From contig CAVQBA010000007.1 of NCBI GenBank assembly GCA_963710605.1, positions 192,001 through 256,000 on the forward strand: a stretch of 64,000 nt of DNA. The letters run 5' to 3'. Positions within the stretch are counted from its first letter, which is position 1, and each line of letters begins with the position of its first letter. Of the stretch, positions 10,786-21,053 are shown in pieces. Origin of the DNA: an uncultured cyanobacterium (GTDB taxonomy: Bacteria; Cyanobacteriota; Cyanobacteriia; Cyanobacteriales; Cyanobacteriaceae). The notes beneath the pieces are model-generated. The model was not told where the DNA came from. It did not search any database and saw only the letters and a list, made by a program, of their open reading frames with translations. Position numbers and translations under genes: made by a program.

Positions 10786-11982
10786 TCAATAATTTACTTT
10801 CTCGATCGGAAAGTTGACGGCAAAAGTAGAACCCTTTTTGAGATCAGATTTCAACTCTATTTCTCCTTTAAGTAAAAGAACTAACTTTTCAACAATAGCC
10901 AATCCTAAACCCGTACTATTTAGCAAAGCATCATCTTTAGTTTTAATTCTAAAATAAGGTTCAAAAATTTGTGTCTGTGCTTTATTCGTAAGCCCTATTC
11001 CAGTATCAACAACCATAATTGACCATCTGTGATTCTCATTCGTTTGGCAAATTACAGTAATCGTTCCCGATTCAGTGTAGCGGATGGCGTTACTAATCAA
11101 ATTAGTAATAATTTGCCTCAATTTTATCCGATCGGTAAAAACGAATTGAGGAGCACCCTCGCAAACAGTTATTATCTCTAACTCTTTTTCTTTGGCAGAA
11201 GGCTCAAAGGCTTCTGTAACGGTAGTAATTAAAGTTTTGACGTTAACTGATTCTATATTTAGCTGAATTTTTCCCGATTCATAGCGAGAAATTTCTAAAG
11301 TATCATTAATTAAGCGTAGTAATTGTTTGCTGTTACTCATTACTCTCTGGGTTAGCTTCAAATTAAGAGACATATCTTCTCCTTTAGTCATTTTTTTTTG
11401 CTGTTTTAATAACAGCTCTGAAAAACCCATAATTGAGGTGAGAGGAGTTTTTAACTCGTGTGCCATATGAGAAAGATCTTCTTTTTGTGCATCCACAAGG
11501 CGTGTCAATTCTTGATTGGTGAGAATTAATTGGGCGTGTAATTGTTCTAATTCTCTTAATCTGACTTTAACAAAACTTTCTAAGGAAAAAGCAATAATTC
11601 GATCGATTACTGAATTAATCAGTTTAGCGATCGAAAGTGCTTCAAAAACAGAGTAAGCAATTAAATCTGGTTCTAAAACAGAGAGTATAATTTCACGTAA
11701 TAAACCATATTCGCGCATAATTTCGGCGATGTCGTAGCCTTGCTCTGCTCTAACTATCCCGTGCTGTAAACTTTTGTCTTCAAGTTCTTCTGGCTTATCA
11801 GTTAAAGAAGAAGATAGTAAAGTAGCCAGAGCTTTTAAAACTAAAGGAATACTATTTCTTACCGATTGATATGCTAAACCCTTCGCACTCTCAATGTCCA
11901 AATCGTCACGAATGCTAACAATCCAGCTTTCAATAATTAATTCAGATTTAGTTAGTAGTACTTTACCAATATCTTCGCTCAT
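10786..11982 (-). CDS. Soluble sensor histidine kinase (RsbRD_N-like N-terminus, HisKA, HATPase)
   Basis: AHELKTPLTSI H-box, NLISNAIRYT, DTGIG and GLGL; N-terminal HGIVRAEQGYD..IMREY. Start placed at MSEDIG (ORF is open to 12066). Confidence 0.88.
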   Translation of the reverse strand: MSEDIGKVLLTKSELIIESWIVSIRDDLDIESAKGLAYQSVRNSIPLVLKALATLLSSSLTDKPEELEDKSLQHGIVRAEQGYDIAEIMREYGLLREIILSVLEPDLIAYSVFEALSIAKLINSVIDRIIAFSLESFVKVRLRELEQLHAQLILTNQELTRLVDAQKEDLSHMAHELKTPLTSIMGFSELLLKQQKKMTKGEDMSLNLKLTQRVMSNSKQLLRLINDTLEISRYESGKIQLNIESVNVKTLITTVTEAFEPSAKEKELEIITVCEGAPQFVFTDRIKLRQIITNLISNAIRYTESGTITVICQTNENHRWSIMVVDTGIGLTNKAQTQIFEPYFRIKTKDDALLNSTGLGLAIVEKLVLLLKGEIELKSDLKKGSTFAVNFPIEKVNY

Positions 11983-12165
11983 AATAATCACCAAGTTTTC
12001 TGTTTTATTAATAGCAAAATTATAAAGTTCGGCTTTTAAAAAATATTTATATCTATCAAACATCACCTTAGTTCAGATTAACAAAAAAACAGATAAAAAG
12101 AAGTTGTGTTTTCTCTTTACCTGTTCGTTGTTTAGTTTGTAGTTTTTAAGTCGTAACGATTCTAA

Positions 12166-12268
12166 TATCAATTCAAATAAAGCTTACAACAGTTAATGTT
12201 AGCAAGTCTCCCAAAATTGAGGGATTTAGTCTATGCTTAATCTATCTTTTTATTTTTTGAATTTGGTG
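12166..12268. mobile_element. MITE-like element family 1 (reverse orientation relative to the 36385 copy)
   Basis: Ends TATCAATTCAAATAAA ... TTTTTTGAATTTGGTG match the termini of 36385-36531. Confidence 0.55.
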
Positions 12269-12271
12269 TAA

Positions 12272-14584
12272 TTAATTAGCACAAGCTGTACATTCTTCTT
12301 TAAATGAGTCTCTTTGAACGATACGAACGTAATAGACAGCTTTACATCCTTTTTCCCAAGACATAATCAAAGTATCAAAAATATCTTTAGCTTTTAACGC
12401 TCTTTCTTCTTCATTGACAAAATAAACTCCTTGATTGAGGTTGAAGAGTAATTCCATTGAAATACCTGTATCAATCCATTGTTGAATTGTAGCGATCGCT
12501 TTTACTACTTCATCTTGATGGAGATTTTTGTTTTCTTGATAAAACCAATATTTATCACTAATATAAGGAGGTGCAATCGGTACTGTACCTTTTGCCCACT
12601 TATCATAGAAAAATCTACTATACACAGGCAACACACTTGCAGTACATCCTTGAACTAAAGATGAAGATGTATTGGGTGCGATCGCACTAATATGTGAGTT
12701 ACGAATCCCATGTTGTTGAATATCTAATGATAATTGTTGCCAACGAGATTTACTATAGGCATTTTCTTCAAACCATTCTACTGGCTTACAACCAATCAAC
12801 AATCCTTTACTCCAATCGCTATTTTCAAAAGCAGGATAAGCACCTCTTTCAGTTGCTAGTTTCATTGAAGCATGAGTACAATAATAACCAATATCTTCAA
12901 ATAAATTACTAATTTCACTCAGGTTACTATATCTTAGTTCTCGTTTTGCTAACCAATCAGCTAACCCCATCGCTCCTACACCAATGGTACGATAACGATC
13001 GTTATGTGCCTTGGCATCATCAAAAGGTGGTTTGGTAATTTCGATCGTATTATCTAAGATTCTCACTGCTAAATTACAGGCAGATTCAATTACCGTGTCA
13101 TCTAAATTAGCTAAATTGAGTGAAACCAAATTACAACAATGAGCATGTTTACCAGGGGTAACATTAGAAAAAGATTCGGTACATAAATTGACACCGGGTA
13201 TATAACCATCGTGTTTATTAGGATTAGCTCTATTAATAGTATCTTTAAAAGCTAAGTAAGGCATTCCTGTCTCAACTTGTGCTTTCATTATTTCTTTGAA
13301 TAATTCTCTAGCACTGACTTTTTTGTAAAGTTTGATTCTACTGTCTAAACTTGCTTCAATGACAGAGTATGCTTCGTCAAATTCTTTGCCCCATAAAGGT
13401 GCTAAATTAATACCTAAATTCTGTTGTACTTCATAAGGATCGATTAAAGTCCATTCTTGCTTATTTTGTACTCGACGCATAAATTCATCGGCGATTACCA
13501 ACTGAGGGAAAACATCATATGCTTTGCGACGTTGATCACCATTTTCGGTTTGCATTTCCAAAAATTCGGGTACATCTAAATGCCAAATGTCTAAACCTAC
13601 GGTGACTGCACCTGCTCGTCTTCCTCCTTGATTGACGGCAATGGCTGTGTCGTTAAGTAATTTAATCCAAGGTATAACACCTCCTGAAGCGTTGTTTTTA
13701 CCCATCACAGCACTACCTGTGGCTCGGATTCTCGATACATTAACTCCTACTCCACCACCATTTTTAGAAATACGAGCAGTATTAGTTATTTCTCTAAAAA
13801 TACTTTCTAAGTTGTCATCGGTACTAACAATAAAGCAACTAGTTAATGAACCGTTAGGTACTCTTAAGTTTGCTAGAATTGGTGTAGCTAAAGAAATACG
13901 TCTAGATGCGATCGCTTCATAAAATTGACGTGCGTAATGTAATCTTGTCTCAGGTGCTTCCACCATTGCCAACAACAAAGCACAAGTTAAGAAAGCTTCT
14001 TGAGGTAACTCATCATCAAGTAAATAACGATTAGTCAGTAAAACTCCTCCTGCATAATCATAATCTAAATCCCAGTCAGGGTTAATCCAACTACCTGCTT
14101 CTTTTAATTGAGCTATAGAATAACTAGTTAAAATACGATCGTCATATTTACCTTGAGCAACAAAATCACTCACTGTTTGTTCATAATTGCCGTAATTATA
14201 ACCACGACTAACTAAAATTTCTTTCCATAAACTCCAAATGTGTAAACGCCCCGCTACATAACGCCAATCGGGTTGTTCTATATCACATAATTCTAAAGCA
14301 CAATTGATTAAATTATCTTGAATTTCTCGGGTGGTAATTCCATCACGTAAACGAGTTTTTAACCCCGATTCTAAAGCAATTGAATTCACTTGTTTGTTAT
14401 TACAAGCCCAATCGACAACTTTTCTAATTTTACTAATATCAAGAAAAGCAGATTTACCACATCTTTTGATTACTTCTATTTTATTCTGACTAACATTTTG
14501 CGTTTCTAAATTATGATGATTACTTTGACTACTTTTTTCGGAAAACTGACTAGATATTGTCTTTGCTTGGGTCTCGAATAACAT
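12272..14584 (-). CDS. nrdA: Class Ia ribonucleoside-diphosphate reductase alpha subunit with ATP-cone
   Basis: VIKRCG ATP-cone, ATPILAN..LTSCF, NLCTE, HCCNLVSLN, APNTSSS, VYY and C-terminal CTAC. Confidence 0.93.
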   Translation of the reverse strand: MLFETQAKTISSQFSEKSSQSNHHNLETQNVSQNKIEVIKRCGKSAFLDISKIRKVVDWACNNKQVNSIALESGLKTRLRDGITTREIQDNLINCALELCDIEQPDWRYVAGRLHIWSLWKEILVSRGYNYGNYEQTVSDFVAQGKYDDRILTSYSIAQLKEAGSWINPDWDLDYDYAGGVLLTNRYLLDDELPQEAFLTCALLLAMVEAPETRLHYARQFYEAIASRRISLATPILANLRVPNGSLTSCFIVSTDDNLESIFREITNTARISKNGGGVGVNVSRIRATGSAVMGKNNASGGVIPWIKLLNDTAIAVNQGGRRAGAVTVGLDIWHLDVPEFLEMQTENGDQRRKAYDVFPQLVIADEFMRRVQNKQEWTLIDPYEVQQNLGINLAPLWGKEFDEAYSVIEASLDSRIKLYKKVSARELFKEIMKAQVETGMPYLAFKDTINRANPNKHDGYIPGVNLCTESFSNVTPGKHAHCCNLVSLNLANLDDTVIESACNLAVRILDNTIEITKPPFDDAKAHNDRYRTIGVGAMGLADWLAKRELRYSNLSEISNLFEDIGYYCTHASMKLATERGAYPAFENSDWSKGLLIGCKPVEWFEENAYSKSRWQQLSLDIQQHGIRNSHISAIAPNTSSSLVQGCTASVLPVYSRFFYDKWAKGTVPIAPPYISDKYWFYQENKNLHQDEVVKAIATIQQWIDTGISMELLFNLNQGVYFVNEEERALKAKDIFDTLIMSWEKGCKAVYYVRIVQRDSFKEECTACAN

Positions 14585-14658
14585 TACTTACGCCTCTCTC
14601 CGTTGTAAGTATTTCTACTCAACAAATTTGACTATTTTTTTTGTTCTTTTAATTTTAT

Positions 14659-14705
14659 ACCACATATATAGAGTGAATGAAAGTTACATACACCATATGT
14701 ATTTT
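14659..14705. promoter_or_regulatory. Putative tandem NrdR boxes upstream of nrdA
   Basis: ACCACATATATAGAGT (14659-14674) and ACACCATATGTATTTT (14690-14705) resemble acaCwAtATaTwGtgt and start 31 bp apart. Confidence 0.6.
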
Positions 14706-15304
14706 TTAGTCAATAAAATTAAATACTTATTTTCAAAAAAAAATGAGGTATAATTCTCAATATTTGCTCACAAGTTTCTCTAAATCAGTAAGGTTAATCA
14801 TAGCAAGTTTTTTCTTAACTAGATCTTAATTTTTTGTAATGGATTTAGGAGTCAGGAGTCAGGAGAAAGTAACAAGTAACAAGTAACAAGTAACAAGTAA
14901 AAAGCTTTAACAGTTAATAGTTAAAAGTTAATAGTTGTTTTTTTACCAATTCTTAATTCGCAATTCTCCATTCAACGAACCACCTAAAACCTCACTCTTT
15001 CATTCTCGCACTGAAGAATTCTACTTGATGCTGAGAAATTGGAGTTTAATTTATTAGAGGGTATCTATTAGCCTTATAATGAGAATTCAAGGCGGGTTTG
15101 CTGATCACATTTTTACGATAATTTACACTGTCTCAAACTTAATTAAAATGACTATAATTTTAATTGTGGGCAAAATAAATGGGTGCGATCGAAATGCACC
15201 CTAAATATATAGATATGTTAAATTATTGAATTAGTCTTTAATTCTCCCCGAATAATTGCAAAGCAAGAATTCATCTCCATTTTCCATTCTCAATGACCAA
15301 AGGC

Positions 15305-16423
15305 TTATCCGCCAAAAGCGATCGGAAAAGCTAGTTTTAAAGCGGCAGTTAAAAGTAGGTTAACTAAAGCTATAGGTAAGAGAAATTTCCAGCCTAAATC
15401 AAGCAATTGATCGATTCTGACACGGGGTACAGTCCAACGTAATAAAACGGCAATAAAGACTAAAAAATAAGCTTTAAGAACCATCATGGTGATACCCAAT
15501 GAAGCGGTAATAACTTGTAACCAAGGAGTTGTTTCGCTAACACCTATCCAGTTAGAAAGATTATCTAAAGGAATCGGAAATTCCCAACCACCTAAATACA
15601 AGATAGCAACAACTAACGCAGATAAAACGAGGTTAACATAAGAGCCAACGTAGAATAAACCAAATTTCATTCCTGAATACTCGGTTTGATAACCTGCCAC
15701 TAATTCTTCTTCTGCTTCTGGTAAATCAAAAGGTAAACGTTCACACTCAGCTAGTGCTGAAATCCAAAAAATAAGAAATCCGACTGGTTGTCGCCAAATA
15801 TTCCAACCTAAAATACCATAACCTGATTGTTGTTCGACAATATCGATCGTACTCAAACTATTAGACATCATTGCTATTGCTAAAACAGCTAAAGCTAGAG
15901 GTATTTCGTAACTAATTGATTGTGCCGCCGCACGTAGTCCCCCTAAAAGGGCGTATTTGTTATTAGAAGCATAACCTGACATCAATAAACCGATTGGGGC
16001 AATACTTGAAAGAGAAATCCAAATAAAAATACCCATGTTCAAATCGGTAATTACCAAATTTTGACCAAAAGGTACGATTAAATAAGATAAAAATACGGGG
16101 ATAACGACGATCGCAGGACCTAAAGTAAATAATATACTATCAGCTTTAGCAGGGATAATATCTTCTTTGAATACTAATTTCATCCCGTCAGCTACAGGTT
16201 GTAATACGCCCAAAGGACCAGCGTATTCAGGACCAATTCTTTGTTGAGCGGCGGCTGATATTTTTCTTTCTAACCAAACCGAAACTAAGACTCCGACAGT
16301 AGCACCAATAATCATCAAAATTAGAGGTAAAGGAATCCAGAAAAGTTTAGCTAATTGTGAAGAGAATCCTAAATCTGTAAGAGAATTAATAAAACTCCCT
16401 TGTAAATCAATTCCTGAGTTCAT
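15305..16423 (-). CDS. ndhA: NAD(P)H-quinone oxidoreductase subunit 1 (NuoH)
   Basis: [36 protein letters not shown] and PRVRIDQLL. Confidence 0.97.
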   Translation of the reverse strand: MNSGIDLQGSFINSLTDLGFSSQLAKLFWIPLPLILMIIGATVGVLVSVWLERKISAAAQQRIGPEYAGPLGVLQPVADGMKLVFKEDIIPAKADSILFTLGPAIVVIPVFLSYLIVPFGQNLVITDLNMGIFIWISLSSIAPIGLLMSGYASNNKYALLGGLRAAAQSISYEIPLALAVLAIAMMSNSLSTIDIVEQQSGYGILGWNIWRQPVGFLIFWISALAECERLPFDLPEAEEELVAGYQTEYSGMKFGLFYVGSYVNLVLSALVVAILYLGGWEFPIPLDNLSNWIGVSETTPWLQVITASLGITMMVLKAYFLVFIAVLLRWTVPRVRIDQLLDLGWKFLLPIALVNLLLTAALKLAFPIAFGG

Positions 16424-16507
16424 TGTTGATAATTTGCTCTCTTTAAATTTTTAAGTTCTGTTATATTTATTAACTTATGTTATTTTAGGCGTTTTATTGC
16501 TCAATTA

Positions 16508-16888
16508 TCAATTTGATTGTTCTACATCGGTTTTTGCCGAAGGGTTTATTTGATCAATTAATTGTATTAGCTGATCTCCTTTTTCTAAGGAAGAATCTTG
16601 AATAAAATGAATTTCTGGCGTATGACGAAGGCGTATTTTTTGCCCTAGAGATCTTCTAACATAACCTGTACAGGCTGTTAAACCCGCCATGGTTTCTTCT
16701 TGTGCTTTTTTTGTTCCATAAATACTTACAAATACTTTAGCGTGTTGTAAGTCTCCAGACATATCAACATCAGTAATACTGACTAATCCAGAACCAACTC
16801 TGTCATCTTTAATTCCGCTAATTAGCATTTGGCTAATTTCTCTTTTAATTAATGATGATACTTTTTCTACTCGACGACTATTTGCCAT
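16508..16888 (-). CDS. rbfA: 30S ribosome-binding factor
   Basis: [25 protein letters not shown] and LRHTPEIHF. Confidence 0.95.
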   Translation of the reverse strand: MANSRRVEKVSSLIKREISQMLISGIKDDRVGSGLVSITDVDMSGDLQHAKVFVSIYGTKKAQEETMAGLTACTGYVRRSLGQKIRLRHTPEIHFIQDSSLEKGDQLIQLIDQINPSAKTDVEQSN

Positions 16889-17027
16889 TTTCTTTTCTTA
16901 AATTAATGAATACAAGTTTTAACAGTTAAAAGTTAAGAGTTAAGAGTTAAGAGTTAAGATTTAAAAGTTATTTTTTACCAATTCTCTTACTGAACAATTC
17001 AACGAACCACCTAATACCTATTTCTGT

Positions 17028-17231
17028 CTAAACCACATTTAATCCTAACATCGCTTTAAGAGTAAAGTACAAAAAGCAAAAAACACCGATAATTAAGCCA
17101 CTTAAAGCAGTAGCCGTGACAGGATTTTTAAATAATGGTTGAATTTGCTCCCAAAAGAAAATAAAGATTCCTAAAATTAAACTCACCATATAACGGGGAT
17201 AACGTGAGATATTTTCCCAAAAACCATCCAT
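17028..17231 (-). CDS. ycf33: DUF751 / Ycf33 family protein
   Basis: MDGFWENISRYPRY...TLKAMLG; usual neighbour of rbfA in cyanobacteria. Confidence 0.8.
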   Translation of the reverse strand: MDGFWENISRYPRYMVSLILGIFIFFWEQIQPLFKNPVTATALSGLIIGVFCFLYFTLKAMLGLNVV

Positions 17232-17483
17232 AGTTATTAAATTTTTTATTTTATTTACAATAGTTATACAGTTCTATTCTAATTGACAAGAGCGATCGTG
17301 ATCGAGTCTTGAAGTAAAACTTACTTTGATCACTCACCTAAGTTATTATATTTTTCTCAAAAATTGGTGTCAAACAAAATTATTCGCTAAATTAAATTTA
17401 ACTCCAAAATAACTTGTAAACGTCGAAAACGATCGCCACTTATTCTCAAGTATTGAATATAATCTATTTTTATACTAAAATAT

Positions 17484-17499
17484 ATTGACTAAAGTCTAT
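17484..17499. promoter_or_regulatory. Possible NdhR autoregulatory site
   Basis: ATTG-N8-CTAT, one mismatch to the ATAG-N8-CTAT NdhR motif, about 50 bp upstream of the ndhR start. Confidence 0.4.
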
Positions 17500-17550
17500 C
17501 TATTGATTATGATCGGTAAGGTAATATGCAAATTATTTAGGAGAAGATGT

Positions 17551-18450
17551 TTGATTCAGGCAACACTACATCAACTAAAAGTATTTGAAACAACTGCTCG
17601 TTTGGCAAGTTTTACCAAAGCCGCAGAAGAATTAAGCATAACCCAGCCAACAGTTTCAAGTCAAATCAAACAATTAACTAAAGTTGTTGGTTTACCTTTA
17701 TTTGAGCAAATAGGGAAGCAACTTTATCTAACTGATGCAGGAAAAGAGTTACTCAATACCTGTAAAGAAGTGTTTTCTTCTTTGGATAATCTACAAATGA
17801 AAATTGCTGATTTTAAAGGTACAAAGGAAGGAAAATTACGTTTGTCAGTAATTACTACAGCTACTTACTTTATTCCTCGTTTATTAGGCTCATTTTGCCA
17901 GAAGTATCCATCTATTGATGTTTCTTTACAAGTAACTAATCATGAGCAGATGCGTACCAGAATGCAAAAAAACGAAGATGACTTATATATATTGAGCCAA
18001 CCACCTCAAGACATTGACTTAAAAACCCAACCTTTTATTGAAAATCCTTTAGTAGTAGTTGCTAAAAATGATCATGATTTAACTCATAAAAATAAAATTT
18101 CTCTAACCGATTTACAACCATATCCTTTTATTATGCGTGAATCTGGCTCAGGTACTCGTAAAGCAGTAGAAGATTTGTTTGAAACTCATAATATAGATAT
18201 CAAAGTTCGTTTGGAGTTAGGTAGTAACGAAGCAATAAAACAAGCTATTGCAGGTGATCTTGGTATTTCTGTTCTTTCTAAACATAGTTTAACTTCTCCA
18301 TGGCATAATGATTTAGCGATCGTTGATGTTGAACATTTTCCGATACCTCGTCATTGGTATATCACTTATTTAGCTGGAAAACAATTATCTGTTATTGCTC
18401 AAACTTTTTTAGATTTTTTAATTGAGAAAAGTAAGTTAATTGAGCCTTAA
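17551..18450 (+). CDS. ndhR: LysR-type carbon-concentrating-mechanism regulator NdhR/CcmR
   Basis: QATLHQLKVFE..SFTKAAEEL..TQPTVSSQIKQL and LELGSNEAIKQAIAG. TTG start at 17551 follows an AGGAG RBS. Confidence 0.85.
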   Translation: MIQATLHQLKVFETTARLASFTKAAEELSITQPTVSSQIKQLTKVVGLPLFEQIGKQLYLTDAGKELLNTCKEVFSSLDNLQMKIADFKGTKEGKLRLSVITTATYFIPRLLGSFCQKYPSIDVSLQVTNHEQMRTRMQKNEDDLYILSQPPQDIDLKTQPFIENPLVVVAKNDHDLTHKNKISLTDLQPYPFIMRESGSGTRKAVEDLFETHNIDIKVRLELGSNEAIKQAIAGDLGISVLSKHSLTSPWHNDLAIVDVEHFPIPRHWYITYLAGKQLSVIAQTFLDFLIEKSKLIEP

Positions 18451-18565
18451 AAGTTAAGAGTTAAAAGTTAAAAGTTAAAAGTTAAAAGTGTTAATAGATG
18501 ATAGTTATCAGGTATCAAGAGTTAAAAGCTAACAGCTAATAGCTAAAAGCTAGAAACTGATTGAC

Positions 18566-20536
18566 TTATTTTTTCATTTTTGATGCCGAGGTATCTTCAG
18601 ATTCTGTATTTTGATCGACTACTATTGTTTGTCCATATCTGAGCATATTTTCGATCGTCATAATTCGATTCATCCATGATTCCACTTGCCAAGAATTTGT
18701 TTTTCGATGTTGAGCTGAATAACGAGATAATCTATTTCGGAAAGAAGACAATTGTTTTTGAACCTTAAGTGCATTAGTAGGTGTTGGTTTTTGAGTTAAT
18801 ACTTGTAAATTATTGGCTAACTTGTCTGATTGCTCCGACCATAATTGAAGATAACTTTGATCTATTTTTATTTGCTCGTTTTCTAATAGAAATATCCATT
18901 CTTGTTGTAAATTTTGGTAACGAGATAAGGCAGTTACGAAAGGTTCACGGTAAGGTATTGGCTCTTTTTGATCTTCGATCGTACCTTGAGTTTTCAAAAA
19001 AATATTTTCTAAAGAAGTATCAAAATTCTCGGCGGCGAAAAGAGCATAACCACCAGAAGGCATATTACGAATTAACTGCATTTGGTCAAATGCTTCTGTT
19101 TCAGGTACATTAAGTAAACGAATAGCAGGAATAACAAAATTAGAGTTTTCTTGAGCTACTTTGTAAATATGTTCAAGGCGATCTTCAAATTTACCTGTAT
19201 CTAAAGCATAAGTCATCAAAACTACAAGATCAACTGATTGGTTATAACCCCAATCTTCCCAGTGTTGTTGTAATGTATTTAATCGTTGATTACGCTCCAT
19301 CGGAAATACTGCCGTTGACAGAATAACCTCAGGACTTTTGTTTTCAATCAATTCTGATGTTTGTTCCACAAAACTAGTAATTTGTTGTACTCTAAATCCT
19401 GTCCATGTATTCCATAATGAAGAAGAGCGATTAAGAGTTTTAGGATCAACTCCGTACTGCTGTTTAAACAAATTACGACTAACATCAGTGTAGCCAAATT
19501 GTTGTTTAGTTGTATTGTCTTGAAAAGGATACCGAATATAATCTAACTGAATACCATCAACATCGTATTTAGTTACAATTTCATCGACTAAAGAAAGTAG
19601 GTAACGTCTTACTTCTGGGTTAGCAGGATCGAAAAATGCCTTTTTAAATCCGGGGGTACGATTAAAAATTCTTCCTTTTTGATCTTTTAATGCCCAACTT
19701 GGATTACGAGATAAGACAGGACCTAAATAATAACTAGGTTGACCTAAAACTCGGTTATGCCCTTCGTTAGCCGCCGCAAATGCCCATAACCATGCGTGCA
19801 ACTCCATTCCTCTTTCGTGAGCTAACTCGATCGATGCTTGGAGGGGATCCCATCCTTTAGTCATCGGGTTTTGCTCAGGTGCTACTGTACTAGGATAAAT
19901 AGGATAACTAGCATTAATAGTTTCCATAAATACTGTATTAATTCCTGCTCTTGCCATACGATCGAATAAAGGCTCTAAATCTTTTTTAGAACGAGCTTTA
20001 ACAATTGTGCCTCTATCCAACCACATTGCTCTAATCTCAGGTTGAGCTAAATGGTTATTAACAGGATAACTCATCCACAAATCTCGTCTGGCATCTAACC
20101 ATTTTTGTCGGGCTGAGTTGTAGTCTTGTTGAACAAGTGTCGGAAAATCAGCTAATAATTTTTTGGCATTAACGATCGCATTATAAGCTCTACTATTACT
20201 ATAGCCATTTGAGACTCTACTTTTAAGTTTCTTTTTACCGATGTTTTTGACCACATCACTCATTGGTGTACTTGATGAACTTCTTTTTGCTTCTACCGTA
20301 ATCAAAGTACTTTCAACACGATTAACTAGTTGTTGTAATTCATCCCTCATTTTTTCAACTTCTCCACGAGAAAGTCTGCGAGCATGAAGTGAAGAGTTAT
20401 GCTCAGATAAAGATTGAGTCGAATTACGATCGGTAGAGATATTTTCGACAGTTGTCGCTGAAGCCGAAGCTAAACTAAATAACAAAAAAAAATTGGAAAT
20501 TAGTAAATTAATTGTTAATTGTTTATAATTGGTCAT
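18566..20536 (-). CDS. Secreted glycoside hydrolase-like family 10 (GHL10/DUF187) protein
   Basis: Signal peptide, EIRAMWLD, AHERGMELHAW and YDVDGIQLDYIRYP. Confidence 0.85.
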   Translation of the reverse strand: MTNYKQLTINLLISNFFLLFSLASASATTVENISTDRNSTQSLSEHNSSLHARRLSRGEVEKMRDELQQLVNRVESTLITVEAKRSSSSTPMSDVVKNIGKKKLKSRVSNGYSNSRAYNAIVNAKKLLADFPTLVQQDYNSARQKWLDARRDLWMSYPVNNHLAQPEIRAMWLDRGTIVKARSKKDLEPLFDRMARAGINTVFMETINASYPIYPSTVAPEQNPMTKGWDPLQASIELAHERGMELHAWLWAFAAANEGHNRVLGQPSYYLGPVLSRNPSWALKDQKGRIFNRTPGFKKAFFDPANPEVRRYLLSLVDEIVTKYDVDGIQLDYIRYPFQDNTTKQQFGYTDVSRNLFKQQYGVDPKTLNRSSSLWNTWTGFRVQQITSFVEQTSELIENKSPEVILSTAVFPMERNQRLNTLQQHWEDWGYNQSVDLVVLMTYALDTGKFEDRLEHIYKVAQENSNFVIPAIRLLNVPETEAFDQMQLIRNMPSGGYALFAAENFDTSLENIFLKTQGTIEDQKEPIPYREPFVTALSRYQNLQQEWIFLLENEQIKIDQSYLQLWSEQSDKLANNLQVLTQKPTPTNALKVQKQLSSFRNRLSRYSAQHRKTNSWQVESWMNRIMTIENMLRYGQTIVVDQNTESEDTSASKMKK

Positions 20537-21053
20537 GGTAGTTTTGTGAGAGAGGATAAAGAGTTTTTTGTCAAGCGAATTAAAAATTAAAGTTCAATAG
20601 TTGAAGTAAATTTATTAGTTAATTTAGTTATTTGTTACTAAAAGTTTAGCTTTCATAACAATTAGTTTGTTTTACTTTGATTAATTATTAATTATTTTAA
20701 TTAGTTATTCTTCGTTAATACTATTTTTTATTTATCGATCGTTCAAATTTTAGCTAAGTGGTTAGCTTCCTTGTAAGATTTTACCCCATAATGTTACTAA
20801 AAATGACTATAAGCAAAAAGCAACTATTTAAGAAATTAGATATCAATACTTTTGGTTTCTTTAAAATTATTCCAAACTATATTTAGCAAACTAATTCCAA
20901 ACAAAAGTAATCAACAAAATAAATATTAACTACTATATTTCGCTGATTAGCAGTTAACTTTTAAGACAACAAAATTTACAGTTAAATATTATATATTTTT
21001 TAATTTAGACAAGTTATAGTTATTAATTTTATTACGTTATATAGAATATAAAC

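Noticed and set aside
12272..14584. Intein or intron in nrdA
   Set aside because: Continuous 770-aa frame of normal length with no splicing motifs.
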